Origin: an uncultured Candidatus Rokubacteria bacterium | GTDB lineage: Bacteria > Methylomirabilota > Methylomirabilia > Rokubacteriales > DASRDR01 | Assembly (NCBI GenBank): GCA_963805625.1 | Contig: CAWDVE010000010.1 | Coordinates: 1,504,001 to 1,568,000 of the forward strand | Length of the DNA: 64,000 nucleotides | Direction of reading: 5' to 3' | In this document: positions 48,625 to 58,679 of the stretch, one piece after another | Position numbering within the stretch: the stretch's first letter is position 1 | Layout: each line of letters starts with the position of its first letter | Position numbers and translations under genes: made by a program | The notes under the pieces: model-generated | The model's database searches: none | Seen by the model: the letters and a program-made list of their open reading frames with translations, nothing else | Told to the model about the DNA's origin: nothing

Positions 48625-50472
48625 ATGGTGGATGCCAAGACCGCCGACCAGGCGCTCCAGACCTACGTCCGGCCGCAGACCTTTCCGGTGGCGATCCGCA
48701 TGCTGCGGCCCGGCGAGCCCATTCCGGAGCGGGCGCGGCGGCCGGCGCGAGACTTCGGCAAGCTCTCGATGAACTGCCAGGTCATCGACATGGCCCGGCG
48801 CTACGGATGGATGATCGCGCTCACACGCGAGGACAGCATCTGCTCCCTTGGGATCACCGCCCTCGGATTCGACCGGCCGACCCACCTGTACAACTCGGGC
48901 ACCCTCTGCGAGGGCATGTATACCGCGACCAAGGAGGCGGGCGCGCGCTCCGAGGCGGCGGTCGACAAGTTCGTGCCAGGCGAGTACCAGGCTCTCCTGG
49001 TGGCCCCGCTCGATCGGGCAACCTTCGAGCCCGACGTGGTCGTGGTCTACGCGAACCCGGCCCAGGTAATGCGGCTCACACAGGCGGCGCTCTGGAAGAG
49101 CGGCGGCCGGCTCGCGTCGTCGTTCCAGGGTCGGATCGTCTGCGCCGACATCATCGTGACGACGATGCAGACGGGGCTGCCCCAGGTGATCCTCCCCTGC
49201 TCGGGCGACCGGATCTTCGGGCAGACCCAGGACCACGAGATGGCCTTCGCGATCCCGTGGGACCGGATGCCGGAGATCATCGAGGGGCTCGAGGGCACGC
49301 ACCGGGGCGGCATCCGCTACCCGATCACCCAGTTCATGGAGTACGAGGCCAAGCTCCCCCCGAAGTACATGGAGGTGAACCGCCTCTGGGACGCTGAGCG
49401 CGGCAAGGGCGGGTACACGGGCCGCGACCACGTGGTGGCCGCCTACAAGCGAAGCTTCACCGACCGCGTGCCAGTCTACCCGATCGTCGCGTCCTTCGCC
49501 GGCACGCTGGACGGCCTCTCGATCGAGGAGTACTGCACCAATCCGGCCAAGGCGGCCAAGGCGATGCTCAACTACTACGACCGCTACCAGCCGGACGTGG
49601 TACTCGCCTACAACGACCTCGCCAAAGAGGCGGAGGCCACCGGCTGCCGCGTCAAATACTCGGACTACGTCGTCCCGTCCATCGAGAGCCACGTCCTCCA
49701 GGAGGACAAGGGCGCGCTCGCGCGGCTGGAGATCCCCGATCCCCTGACAGACGCGCGCCTGCCGGGGTTCCTGGAGCTCTGCGAAGGGCTGGTCGCGGCC
49801 AAGTTCCCGACGGCCGTCGGTGCCGTGGCGGTCGGGCCGTGGACCATCGCGATGCTCATGCGGAACCCCGAGGTGATGCTGCTCGACACCTTCGAGGACC
49901 CCCAGTTCATCCACGACCTCATGCGGTTCACCACGGAGTACTGCAAGCGCTGGGGCGACGCGATCGTGAAGACGAAGATCGGGCTCTCCTTCTCCGAGCC
50001 GACCGCATCGATCAGCCTGATCTCCCCGGACAACTACCGGGAGTTCATCGCGCCGTACCACAAGGAGCTGGTGGAGTACTTCAAGGCGAAGAAGGTAGGT
50101 CTCACGACCCACATCTGCGGGACCACCTATCCGATCTACGAAGACCTGATCGCGTGCGGGTTCGCAACCATCTCCTTCGACCTCGACCAGCAGGCCGACC
50201 CCAAGCTCCACGTGGACCAGCTCTCACGGTTCATGGCCGTGTCGCGCGGGCGCGCGGTCGCGATCGGGAACGTCGACGCCACCCTGTTCGAGCGCGCGTC
50301 CCAGGCCGAGATCGAAGCCGAGGTCCGGCGGTGCGTCGACACGGCTGCCCGGCATTCCGGCTTCATCCTGTCGACCTCCTGCGAGATCCCGCCACGCTCC
50401 AAGCCGGAGATCGTCCAGTGGTTCATGGATGCCACGCGGGAGTACGGGCGTTACGAACGCTTCATGAGCTGA
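48625..50472 (+). CDS. fusion of a DUF169 domain and a URO-D/MtaA-CmuA-family (methylcobamide:thiol methyltransferase-like) domain, 615 aa
   Basis: N-half: FPVAIRML, MNCQ..ARRYG, PDVVVVYANPAQVMRL, PCSGDRIFG..DHEMAFAIP. C-half: DRVPVYP, EAEATGC, GPWT, ISPDNYREF, HICG, IGNVD, FILSTSCEIP. GGAGG RBS. Confidence 0.85.
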   Translation: MVDAKTADQALQTYVRPQTFPVAIRMLRPGEPIPERARRPARDFGKLSMNCQVIDMARRYGWMIALTREDSICSLGITALGFDRPTHLYNSGTLCEGMYTATKEAGARSEAAVDKFVPGEYQALLVAPLDRATFEPDVVVVYANPAQVMRLTQAALWKSGGRLASSFQGRIVCADIIVTTMQTGLPQVILPCSGDRIFGQTQDHEMAFAIPWDRMPEIIEGLEGTHRGGIRYPITQFMEYEAKLPPKYMEVNRLWDAERGKGGYTGRDHVVAAYKRSFTDRVPVYPIVASFAGTLDGLSIEEYCTNPAKAAKAMLNYYDRYQPDVVLAYNDLAKEAEATGCRVKYSDYVVPSIESHVLQEDKGALARLEIPDPLTDARLPGFLELCEGLVAAKFPTAVGAVAVGPWTIAMLMRNPEVMLLDTFEDPQFIHDLMRFTTEYCKRWGDAIVKTKIGLSFSEPTASISLISPDNYREFIAPYHKELVEYFKAKKVGLTTHICGTTYPIYEDLIACGFATISFDLDQQADPKLHVDQLSRFMAVSRGRAVAIGNVDATLFERASQAEIEAEVRRCVDTAARHSGFILSTSCEIPPRSKPEIVQWFMDATREYGRYERFMS

Positions 50473-51506
50473 TGCTCCCGGTGATCCTGTTGCTCCTGGT
50501 CGTGGCCGGCGCCGCCACCGCCCAGGACTGGAGCGGAGCGTCGCTGCGGGGTGGGCGCCAGCTCACACTCCCGGACGGGTACCGGACGCAGGTCCTGGCC
50601 CGGGGCCTCCGGCTTCCGCAGGACTTGGTCATGGATCCCCCGGACGGCCTGTGGATCCTGACCCGCACGGCGCCCGGAAGCGATCGGGGCGCCGGCGCGC
50701 TGGTCCGAATCCCGCTCGACGCGCGGGAGCCCGTCGACGCGAATCAGCTCCGGGTCGTCCCCATCCCCTTCGCCTCGGCAAGCGTGCCTTTCGAGGCGGG
50801 CAGCCTGGCACGCCACGCGGGCTCCGGCGACCTCTACGTGACCGAGGCGCGAGGTCACCATCTCTTCCGCGTGACCCCGGAGGGCCGCGTCACGATCTTC
50901 GCCCGGGGCGGCAACGTGCTCGGGGACGGGCGGGCGCTCGTGTTCGACGCTCAGGGGCGGCTCCTGGTCCTCGACCACGCGGGCCGCGGTGTGGTCGCGG
51001 ACGCCGCGACCGACCCCCTGCGCGATCTGCTGGAAGCGGGCGAATCCTACCAGGGTCCGGTGGTCCACTGGCTCCGGGTGGACGAGACGCTCCCGCTCCC
51101 GCGCAACCTGGAGTACGCGGGAGTCGTGTTCCCCCCGCCCGCGCTCCGCCGCCGGAGGGTCGTCCTGCCTCGATACAGCAGTCTCGCCACCCTGGCCTCG
51201 GGCGAGGTGATTGCCAGCGCGAGCAACGGCGTGATCGACCAGCTTCGCCCCGACGGGACGATCGCGCGGCTGGCGCAACTGAGCGGCGCCGGGGCCGTTG
51301 TCAGCGGCGGCGCCGACGTGCTCTACGCGCTAGACTATCTTGGGGGGAGGATCGCCCGTGTCCACGCCAACGGCTCGGTGGAGCCGTTCGCCGGGGGCTT
51401 GACGCGACCGGTGGCCCTGACCGTGCTCGGCGACGGTGCCCTGGTCGTCGCCGAGGACACCGGCCGTCTCCTGCGAATCTTCGCTCAGCCCCGGGGCACG
51501 CCGTGA
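50472..51506 (+). CDS. exported beta-propeller protein (NHL/SMP-30-like)
   Basis: TGATG-coupled start; signal peptide; blade repeats GLRLPQDL, GDLYVTE, FDAQGRLLV, GLTRPVAL, LVVAEDTGRL. Confidence 0.7.
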   Translation: MLPVILLLLVVAGAATAQDWSGASLRGGRQLTLPDGYRTQVLARGLRLPQDLVMDPPDGLWILTRTAPGSDRGAGALVRIPLDAREPVDANQLRVVPIPFASASVPFEAGSLARHAGSGDLYVTEARGHHLFRVTPEGRVTIFARGGNVLGDGRALVFDAQGRLLVLDHAGRGVVADAATDPLRDLLEAGESYQGPVVHWLRVDETLPLPRNLEYAGVVFPPPALRRRRVVLPRYSSLATLASGEVIASASNGVIDQLRPDGTIARLAQLSGAGAVVSGGADVLYALDYLGGRIARVHANGSVEPFAGGLTRPVALTVLGDGALVVAEDTGRLLRIFAQPRGTP

Positions 51507-51583
51507 CGGGCCTGCAGCCGGGTGCCGACAGGCCTCCCGGGCGTGATTGACCTCGGTATCGGAGCAAGCCTAGCCTGACAGCC

Positions 51584-53203
51584 ATGGAGGTGTTCACGAT
51601 GATGAGACTCGGATTGCCGTCCCTCGCCGCCGCCGTCCTTGCCGGACTCGCCGCCGCCGCGCCCGCCGTCGCCCAGCAGCATGCGGGCCACGAGAAGCTC
51701 GGCCGGGTCAACTTCGCCAATACCTGCAGCCCGGCGGTCCAGGCAGACCTGAACCGTGCCGTGGCCCTCCTCCACTCCTTCTGGTGGGGTGCCACGGTCA
51801 AGGCGTTCAACGAGGTCGCGCAAAAGGACCCGTCTTGCGGGATCGCCCACTGGGGCGCCGCCATGGCCTTGCTCGACAACCCCTTCGTCTGGCCGCCCTC
51901 CCCCAAGGCCCTGGCCGACGGCGCCGCCGCCGTCGGGCGCGCCCGGGCCGCCGGGGCGAAAAGCCAGCGGGAGCTCGACTACATCGCGGCGATCGAGGTC
52001 TTCTACAAGGACCACGACAAGGTTGACCACCGGACGCGGGCCGTGGCCTACGAGAAGGCGATGGAGCAGCTGTCGGCGCGGTATCCGGACGACCGCGAGG
52101 CCGCCATCTTCTACGCGATCGCGTTGAACGCCACCGCGGTGGCGACCGACAAGACGTACGCCCAGCAGCTCAAGGCCGCCGGAATCCTCGAAGGCGTGTT
52201 CCGCGAGCAGCCGGACCATCCAGGCGCGGCGCACTACCTGATCCACAGCTACGACTACCCGGCGATCGCAGACAAGGGGCTCATCGCCGCCCGGCGCTAC
52301 GCGACCATCGCCCCGGCGGCACCGCACGCCCAGCACATGCCCTCCCACATCTTCACCCGGCGCGGGTACTGGGAGGACTCGATCCGCTCGAACCTTGCCT
52401 CGGCGGCCGCCGCTGATAACGATTTCGACCGCTTCCACGCCTGGGACTACCTGGCCTACGGCTATCTCCAGCTCGGTCAGGACCGGGCGGCCCGCGGCGT
52501 CCTCGACCAGATCCTCTCGGTCGAGAAGCCCAACGTCCTGAACTTCCCGGTGGCCTTTGCGCTGGCGGCCATTCCGGCGCGCTACGCGCTCGAGCGTGGT
52601 CAGTGGGCGGAGGGCGGCAGCCTGGTTCTGCGTCCCGGGGACTTCCCGTGGGCGCGCTTCCCGCAGTCCGAGGCGATCCTCGTCTTCGCGCGCGGTCTCG
52701 GCGCGGCCCGGAGCGGGAATCTCGCCCAGGCCCGGGAGGACCAGGTGCGGCTCGCGGCGCTGCGGGATGCCTTGCTGGCCGCGAAGGTCGGCTACTGGGC
52801 CGACCAGGTGGACATCCAGCGGCTTCTGGTGGCGGGCTCGATCGCACGAGCGGAGGGCCGCATCGACGACGCCCTCCAGCTGATCCGTGCGGCAGCGGAC
52901 CGGGAGGACGCCACGGAGAAGCATCCCGTCACGCCGGGGTCGATCGTACCCGCGCGCGAGGTGCTCGGTGAGGTCCTGCTCGACCTCGGCCGGCCGGCCG
53001 AGGCCCTCCGCGAGTTCGAGGCATCCCAGCAGAGGGAGCCCAACCGCCTCCGCGGCTACTACGGGGTGGCGCGCGCCGCGGAGCTGTCAGGCGACACCGC
53101 CAAGGCGAAGGCCCAGTACGGTCAGCTCCTGACCCTCACCGCGCAGGCGGACAGCGAGCGGCCGGAGGTCGCCCAAGCGAAGGCCTTCCTCGCGAAGCCC
53201 TGA
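51584..53203 (+). CDS. exported TPR-like helical protein
   Basis: Signal peptide, LGRVNF..C, LLHSFWW, DPSCGIAHWG, HPGAAHYLIHSYD, HAQHMPSHIF, ARELLG-like C-terminal TPRs. Confidence 0.85.
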   Translation: MEVFTMMRLGLPSLAAAVLAGLAAAAPAVAQQHAGHEKLGRVNFANTCSPAVQADLNRAVALLHSFWWGATVKAFNEVAQKDPSCGIAHWGAAMALLDNPFVWPPSPKALADGAAAVGRARAAGAKSQRELDYIAAIEVFYKDHDKVDHRTRAVAYEKAMEQLSARYPDDREAAIFYAIALNATAVATDKTYAQQLKAAGILEGVFREQPDHPGAAHYLIHSYDYPAIADKGLIAARRYATIAPAAPHAQHMPSHIFTRRGYWEDSIRSNLASAAAADNDFDRFHAWDYLAYGYLQLGQDRAARGVLDQILSVEKPNVLNFPVAFALAAIPARYALERGQWAEGGSLVLRPGDFPWARFPQSEAILVFARGLGAARSGNLAQAREDQVRLAALRDALLAAKVGYWADQVDIQRLLVAGSIARAEGRIDDALQLIRAAADREDATEKHPVTPGSIVPAREVLGEVLLDLGRPAEALREFEASQQREPNRLRGYYGVARAAELSGDTAKAKAQYGQLLTLTAQADSERPEVAQAKAFLAKP

Positions 53204-53260
53204 CGAGCCGGAAGACCGGCGAGCCGGCGCCCTCGGTCCGTCGCCGGCGAGCGGACGCTG

Positions 53261-53300
53261 ACAAGAAGACGGCGCAGGGCATGAGCCCTACGCCGTCTTC
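53261..53300 (-). terminator. intrinsic terminator between convergent genes
   Basis: 16-bp stem GAAGACGGCGTAGGGC / GCCCTGCGCCGTCTTC (one G-U pair) followed by TTGT on the minus strand. Confidence 0.65.
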
Positions 53301-53369
53301 GGCTACCTGGCCACCGCGGACGCGCGCCCGGAGGGCTGCGCTGCGGTTGCTGTCAGCAGTACGTGACCG

Positions 53370-53738
53370 TTACCAGCGGGGCGTGCGGCGCGGACCGCCG
53401 CCGTAACCGCCGCCACCGCCGCCACCAAACCCGCCACCCGATCGCGATCCGCCCGGGCGTCCGCCGCCGGGGCGCCCGCCGCCGCCAGCTCCCTGGGGGT
53501 TCGCGACGTTGACCGTGAGGCGCCGCCCTTCGAAGGGCTTGTCGTTCAACTTCGAAATGGCAGCCTGACCATCGGCCTCGGTCGCCATTTCGACGAACCC
53601 GAAGCCGCGCGACTGGCCGGTCGCCCGGTCGGTAATCACCGTGGCGGACTCGACCGTCCCGCACTGGGCGAAGTACTCCCGAAGACTCTCGGACGTGGTG
53701 GAATAGGACAGGCCGCCGACGAACAGCTTGGTCGCCAC
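53370..53738 (-). CDS. RRM (RNP-1) RNA-binding protein with Gly-rich tail
   Basis: KLFVGGL (RNP2), RGFGFVEM (RNP1), GRRLTVNVA, GGGG/RGG tail; AAGGAGG RBS. Confidence 0.93.
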   Translation of the reverse strand: MATKLFVGGLSYSTTSESLREYFAQCGTVESATVITDRATGQSRGFGFVEMATEADGQAAISKLNDKPFEGRRLTVNVANPQGAGGGGRPGGGRPGGSRSGGGFGGGGGGGYGGGPRRTPRW

Positions 53739-53975
53739 AGGGGCGCCTCCTTCGGAGCCCCGAGCCCTATAGATGCCCGGAGCCATCACTCTTCCGCACT
53801 TCTCTCTGCGCCCCTGACATGCGGAAGAGTGGCCTATCGGAGGCGAGGTCCACGCCCGAATGGCGCGGTACGGCAACGTCAGTTTAGCACGGAGAATCCT
53901 CCCTCGCCGGGGTGGATGGGAAAGGGGGTCGCGCCCACGGGGTCCCCGGCCCCGGGGCCAGCCGGTCCGAGCTGC

Positions 53976-55334
53976 TCAGACCAAGGCCGCCGGGGCCGCC
54001 GTGAATCCGATCGCCATCTCGGCCCAGCGGGCCGCGGCCAGGAGCCGTGCCTCCTCGAACGCGCCCCCGATGAGCTGGGTGCCGAGCGGGAGCCCATCGG
54101 CCGCGAGGCCGGTCGGCACGGACACCGTGGGCACCCCGAGCCCGGTCCAGGGGCCGTTGAAGGCAGCGTCGCCGGTCGTGCTCCGGTCGGGGGCCGGCCC
54201 CAGGGCCGACGGCATGACGAGCGCGTCGTACTGGGCGAGGAGCGGGGCCAGGTCCTGGCGGGCCTGACGCCGGATCCGCTGGGCGCGGAGGTAGACGTCG
54301 GCCGGGATGCACTGCCCGAGCTCGACTCCGGCGCGGATGCGGGGGCGATAGGCATCCGCATGCCGCCGGTGGGAGTCTGCGTGAGCCGCGCCGGCCTCTG
54401 CACGGGAGACCGTGATGACGGCCGAGTAGAGCGCCGTCATGAGCGGCGGGAGCCGAACGGGCTCGACGTACGCCCCGCGTGCCTCGAGCGTCCGCGCGAC
54501 CTCGCCCAGATGGGCTCGGGCCTCCTGCGTCGCGCGCTCGAGGAAGGGCTCCCCGATCAGGCCGAGTCGCGGGGGACGCCCCGGCGGGGCGGCCACCACC
54601 GTCGCCACATCGGGAGGCGACGCGGTCGCGGAGCCAGGGTCCGCGGAATCGTGTCCGGCAAGAACCGACAGGACCAGGGCGGCGTCCCCCACCGAGCGCG
54701 CGAAGAGGCCCACGTGATCAAGCGACCACGCGAGCGGGACGACGCCGCGCCGGCTCACGCGGCCGTATGTCGGCTTCAAGCCGACCACACCGCAGAAGGC
54801 CGCCGGCCGGAGTACGGAGCCGACGGTCTGGGACCCGAGGGCGACCGGAACCATCCGGGCCGCGACCGCGGCGGCCGAGCCCGCGGACGAGCCCCCGGGC
54901 GTCCGGGCCGCGTTCCAGGGGTTCCGCGTCACGGCGGGGTCGCTGAACGCGAACTCGGTCGTCTGGAGCTTGCCTAGGATCACCGCGCCCGCCGCGCGGA
55001 GGCGTCCCACGCACGGGGCGTCCTCGCGGGGAACGGTGTCGGCGAAGCCACGCGCCCCCGAAGTTGTCGTGAGCCCCGCCGCGTGGATGATGTCCTTCAG
55101 CCCCACGGGCACCCCGTGAAGGGGCCCTCGGAACCGAGCCTCGCGCGCCTCGACGTCCAGCCGCCGGGCGGCCTCGAGGGCGCCCGGCCGGTCGACCACC
55201 ACCCAGGCCTGGATCTGCGCCTCGCAGGCGTCGATGCGGCCGAGGCAGGCCTCGACCAGATCGACGGCCGAGAGCCGGCCCTCGCGGATTGCGGCGGCGG
55301 CGGCGACGATTGACAGCTCGAAGGGCGCCGTCAT
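53976..55334 (-). CDS. amidase signature family protein
   Basis: GPLHGVPVGLKD, TPGGSSAGS, GSQTVGSVLRPAAFCG, LDHVG. Confidence 0.92.
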   Translation of the reverse strand: MTAPFELSIVAAAAAIREGRLSAVDLVEACLGRIDACEAQIQAWVVVDRPGALEAARRLDVEAREARFRGPLHGVPVGLKDIIHAAGLTTTSGARGFADTVPREDAPCVGRLRAAGAVILGKLQTTEFAFSDPAVTRNPWNAARTPGGSSAGSAAAVAARMVPVALGSQTVGSVLRPAAFCGVVGLKPTYGRVSRRGVVPLAWSLDHVGLFARSVGDAALVLSVLAGHDSADPGSATASPPDVATVVAAPPGRPPRLGLIGEPFLERATQEARAHLGEVARTLEARGAYVEPVRLPPLMTALYSAVITVSRAEAGAAHADSHRRHADAYRPRIRAGVELGQCIPADVYLRAQRIRRQARQDLAPLLAQYDALVMPSALGPAPDRSTTGDAAFNGPWTGLGVPTVSVPTGLAADGLPLGTQLIGGAFEEARLLAAARWAEMAIGFTAAPAALV

Positions 55335-55525
55335 CGGCGGTCTCCCTCGAGGAGGAAGAACGCTGGCTCGGTCTCCGCGGGCAGCTCCGCCGCGGCGACC
55401 TCGGCCAGGTCGGCAGCCAGCGCGTCGATGTCGCGCCCAAGTGCTGCCGCGCGGTCAGGGCCGAACCGCCGCGTCACCTCGGCAGTGAGGAACAGTCGCA
55501 TCGCCTCCCGCCCGCGCTCGTGCAT
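55331..55525 (-). CDS. small amidase-partner protein (AtzG/GatC-like)
   Basis: 64 aa, GGAGG RBS, ATGA overlap with the amidase start, C-terminal ETEPAF motif. Confidence 0.6.
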   Translation of the reverse strand: MHERGREAMRLFLTAEVTRRFGPDRAAALGRDIDALAADLAEVAAAELPAETEPAFFLLEGDRR

Positions 55526-55676
55526 TCGCTCGCCTCCCCTGAGGAATCGGTCCGCCACCACCGGCCGCCATCGCGGCTCTCTGGCTATCACCGGGCGTGG
55601 AGCGCGTCAAGGCGGGTCGCGGTTGACAGGGCCCGAGGCCTCGGCGACGATGCCTCGCACACCCGGAGGAAGATCG

Positions 55677-56136
55677 ATGGCTGAACGATTCGACGCGGTC
55701 GTGGTCGGCGGCGGGCACAACGGTCTGGTTGCCGCCACCTATCTCGCCCGCGGCGGGCTGAAGGTGCTGGTGCTGGAGCGCCGGCCGATGGTCGGCGGAG
55801 CCTGCGTGACCGAGGAGCTGTTCCCCGGCTACCGGCTCTCGTCCTGCTCGTACCTCTGCCACCTGCTCCAGGAGCAAGTGATCCGGGATCTCGACCTCCC
55901 GCGGCACGGCTTCAAGGTATTCCCGCTCGAGCCGGCCCGCTTCCACCCCTTCCCTGACGGCCGCCACCTCGTCGTGTGGGAGGACGTCGGCCGCACGGCG
56001 GCGGAGATCGAGCGCTACTCGCTACCTGTGCGGTGCCGGCACCCACCCGGGGGGCGAGGTCACCGGCGCACCGGGGCACAATGCCGCACACGCGATCCTG
56101 AAGGATCTCCTCCGGGACGTGGCCGGCGGCGACTGA
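55677..56136 (+). pseudogene. phytoene-dehydrogenase-like FAD oxidoreductase remnant: N-terminus joined out of frame to the C-terminus
   Basis: [32 protein letters not shown], then [28 protein letters not shown]; junction CGCTACTCGCTACCTG near 56021. Confidence 0.85.
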
Positions 56137-56176
56137 TCGGGGCGGCAGCCCCGCCGCCGGGCCGTCGTCCGCCGGA

Positions 56177-58543
56177 TCAGCCCGTCTCGCCTGGGCGCCG
56201 GCGGGATCGGGCGTAGAGGAAGGACGCGATCAGCAGGGCCGCGCCGAGTACCAGAACCGACAGGATGCGGTAGAGCGCGTCGAGGCCCGCCAGGTCCACG
56301 ACGAGCACCTTCAGCACGGTCACGCTGAAGAGCAGGATTGCGCCCACCCTGAGGGGCGCGTAGTCCCGCCAGAGTCCCCAGGCCATCGCCGTGAACGCGT
56401 ACACCGCCCACAGCACGGAGAGGGCCGCGCTGCGGAGCTTCGCGGGGTCCAGGCGGGTCTCGGGCAACGGCGCCAGCACGACCTCGACGCTCAGGTTCCA
56501 GAGGAGCAGGAGAGCCGCGCCGATCGAGCTCACGGCCCCCAATCGTTGGCGGGCGCGCTCTCCCAGGTACGGCACGGTCTCGGCCACCTGGCCGTAGAGC
56601 CAGGTGAGCACGACCAGGAGACAGCCGGCCAGGAAACGCGGGTTCCCGATCGCCGGCCGGAGGGACGGCTGGACGCGGGCCCAGCGGTCAGTTCCGCCCA
56701 GGGCTTCCCCGACGAGCGCGAGCAGCAGGAGCGTCGCGACGCCGAGCAGGACGCGCGTCTCGTCGCCGCGGGCCAGGGCCAAGAGCACCATCGTGGCCAG
56801 CATCCAGACGACGGACTTCACCACGGGGACGTATGGCGGCGGGATGGCGAGCGTGCGGAACTGGCCGAGCTCCACGGTCAGGAGAAGCGCCGCGCTCCCG
56901 ACCGCGACCAGGAGCAGGAGCGGGCGTGCGAAGCGCTCCCACCCGCCGAGGGTCGTGCCGCCGCGCTCGCGAGCCCGGTAGACGAGGGCGCCGACGACGG
57001 CCGTCACCACGACCGCGAGGGTGGCCGGCAGCGCCGGGTGCGCGACGAGGAACGTCCCCGCCTGGCCGGCGTTCTCCCCGAGCGCCTCGAACCAACGCCC
57101 CCACGCGAGCGCGCTGATCGCGAGACCGCCCGCGCGAAGCCCCGGCGCGTTCAGGGCAAAGCCGCCGATCAGGAGTACCAGCCCCTCCACGCTCCAGGCG
57201 ATCACCAGGTCGTGTCGCCCGAGGGTCACAGCGGGCGCCAGCGCCAGGAAGGCCAGCGCGAGCGCGCGGTGGAGCAGCGCGACGCGGGGGCCACCGCGCT
57301 CGCTCCGGGCCGCTACGCGCGCCGCCACCAGGTACGTCCCCGCGAGGGCAAGCGCCAGGAGAGCCAGGCGACGCCCCGACGGGTCGTCCAGGATGCGTCG
57401 TGCGGCGGCGAAGTAGAGGGCCGGCGCCCCGAGGATGATCAGCGTCCGGCCGAGCCGGACGGCGCCAGCGGACCGCTCGCTCCCCGAGCCCCTGAGGGCC
57501 CAGGCCGCGAAGGCGAGGAAGAACACGGTCGCCCATCCGAGGGCGACGGGGAGCCGTGGAGCCTGGTACCAGCGGTCGAGCCAGCCCCAGTAGAGGACCT
57601 GGGTCCCCGCGAACGCGAGCAGCGCGAGCCCCGGCCACCCCCGCCGGGACGCGAGAAGCAGCACGCCGAGATCGAGGATGGCGAGGTACGTGAACAGGGC
57701 GCCAGCGGCGTCGGTGTCGGTGTTGAGGATGATCGGCGTCAGGAGCCCGCCCAGGGTCGCGAGGACCGCCAGGGCGCGGGAGTCCAGCCGGAGCGCCGTT
57801 GCGAAGCCCACGGCGGTCGCGAGGGCCATCGCCACGAAGGCCATCGGCGCCCCCACGAGCGCATAGAACGCGTGGGCGGCATAGAGGGAGAGGTAGATGA
57901 TCCCGATCCCGACCGCCACGAGGCTCTGGGCCGGCAGGCGGTAGGTCGCGCCACCGGCGAGTCTCACACCCCCGGCCGTCATCGCGACTCCTGCCACGAG
58001 TCCCGCCAGGACGCGACCCTTGGCCCCGATCCACTCCTGCTCGAAGGCGTGCTTGAGGAAGAATCCCACTCCGAGGAAGAAGAGGACCGCCCCGACACGC
58101 GAGAGCCAGGTCCCGCCCAGCCGACCCTCCCACTGACCCACGCCGGCAACGGGCTCTGGCTCCGGCGCGCTCGGCGGAACGGGAGACGCCTCGGCCGCCG
58201 CCGCACCGCCCATCGCGAGGTCCGCCGCCACGGCTCCCGGAGCCGAGACCTCCGGGGTCATCACGGCCGGGCCGGCTTCGAGGCCGGGCAGGGTCTCCTG
58301 CGTGTCGGGTACGGAAGGCGATGACCGGACCGGCTCAACCGCCTCGACCGCCCCCGGCGCCGTCGGAGCGGCGCCGGCATGCGGCGCGCCCGGGCGCTGC
58401 TCCAGGCTGGCCAGGCGAGCCTCCAGCCGGCGCACCCGGCTCCTCAAAGTCAGGAGCACCAAGATGAGGACGAGGACGATGATGGGGGTCGCGAAGAAGA
58501 GAAGCCCGAGCGCGACCAGCGGGACGATCGGCAACCCAGTCAT
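56177..58543 (-). CDS. DUF2339 family multi-pass membrane protein
   Basis: WEGRLGGTWLSRVG, FFLKHAF..WIG, YLSLYAA, GGLLTP, KVLVVDL..YRILS..LG. Confidence 0.88.
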   Translation of the reverse strand: MTGLPIVPLVALGLLFFATPIIVLVLILVLLTLRSRVRRLEARLASLEQRPGAPHAGAAPTAPGAVEAVEPVRSSPSVPDTQETLPGLEAGPAVMTPEVSAPGAVAADLAMGGAAAAEASPVPPSAPEPEPVAGVGQWEGRLGGTWLSRVGAVLFFLGVGFFLKHAFEQEWIGAKGRVLAGLVAGVAMTAGGVRLAGGATYRLPAQSLVAVGIGIIYLSLYAAHAFYALVGAPMAFVAMALATAVGFATALRLDSRALAVLATLGGLLTPIILNTDTDAAGALFTYLAILDLGVLLLASRRGWPGLALLAFAGTQVLYWGWLDRWYQAPRLPVALGWATVFFLAFAAWALRGSGSERSAGAVRLGRTLIILGAPALYFAAARRILDDPSGRRLALLALALAGTYLVAARVAARSERGGPRVALLHRALALAFLALAPAVTLGRHDLVIAWSVEGLVLLIGGFALNAPGLRAGGLAISALAWGRWFEALGENAGQAGTFLVAHPALPATLAVVVTAVVGALVYRARERGGTTLGGWERFARPLLLLVAVGSAALLLTVELGQFRTLAIPPPYVPVVKSVVWMLATMVLLALARGDETRVLLGVATLLLLALVGEALGGTDRWARVQPSLRPAIGNPRFLAGCLLVVLTWLYGQVAETVPYLGERARQRLGAVSSIGAALLLLWNLSVEVVLAPLPETRLDPAKLRSAALSVLWAVYAFTAMAWGLWRDYAPLRVGAILLFSVTVLKVLVVDLAGLDALYRILSVLVLGAALLIASFLYARSRRRPGETG

Positions 58544-58679
58544 GTGCTCTCTCGGCTGCCATGATAGCGCCGGAGCCACGAGGCGCCATGGAAGTCCGGG
58601 AGGACTGCGGAAATCAGGACAGCCCGGGAACTCGGGAACTCGCTAGGGGCGGGGGCGCCAGGGCCCCCGCATCGCCTCT

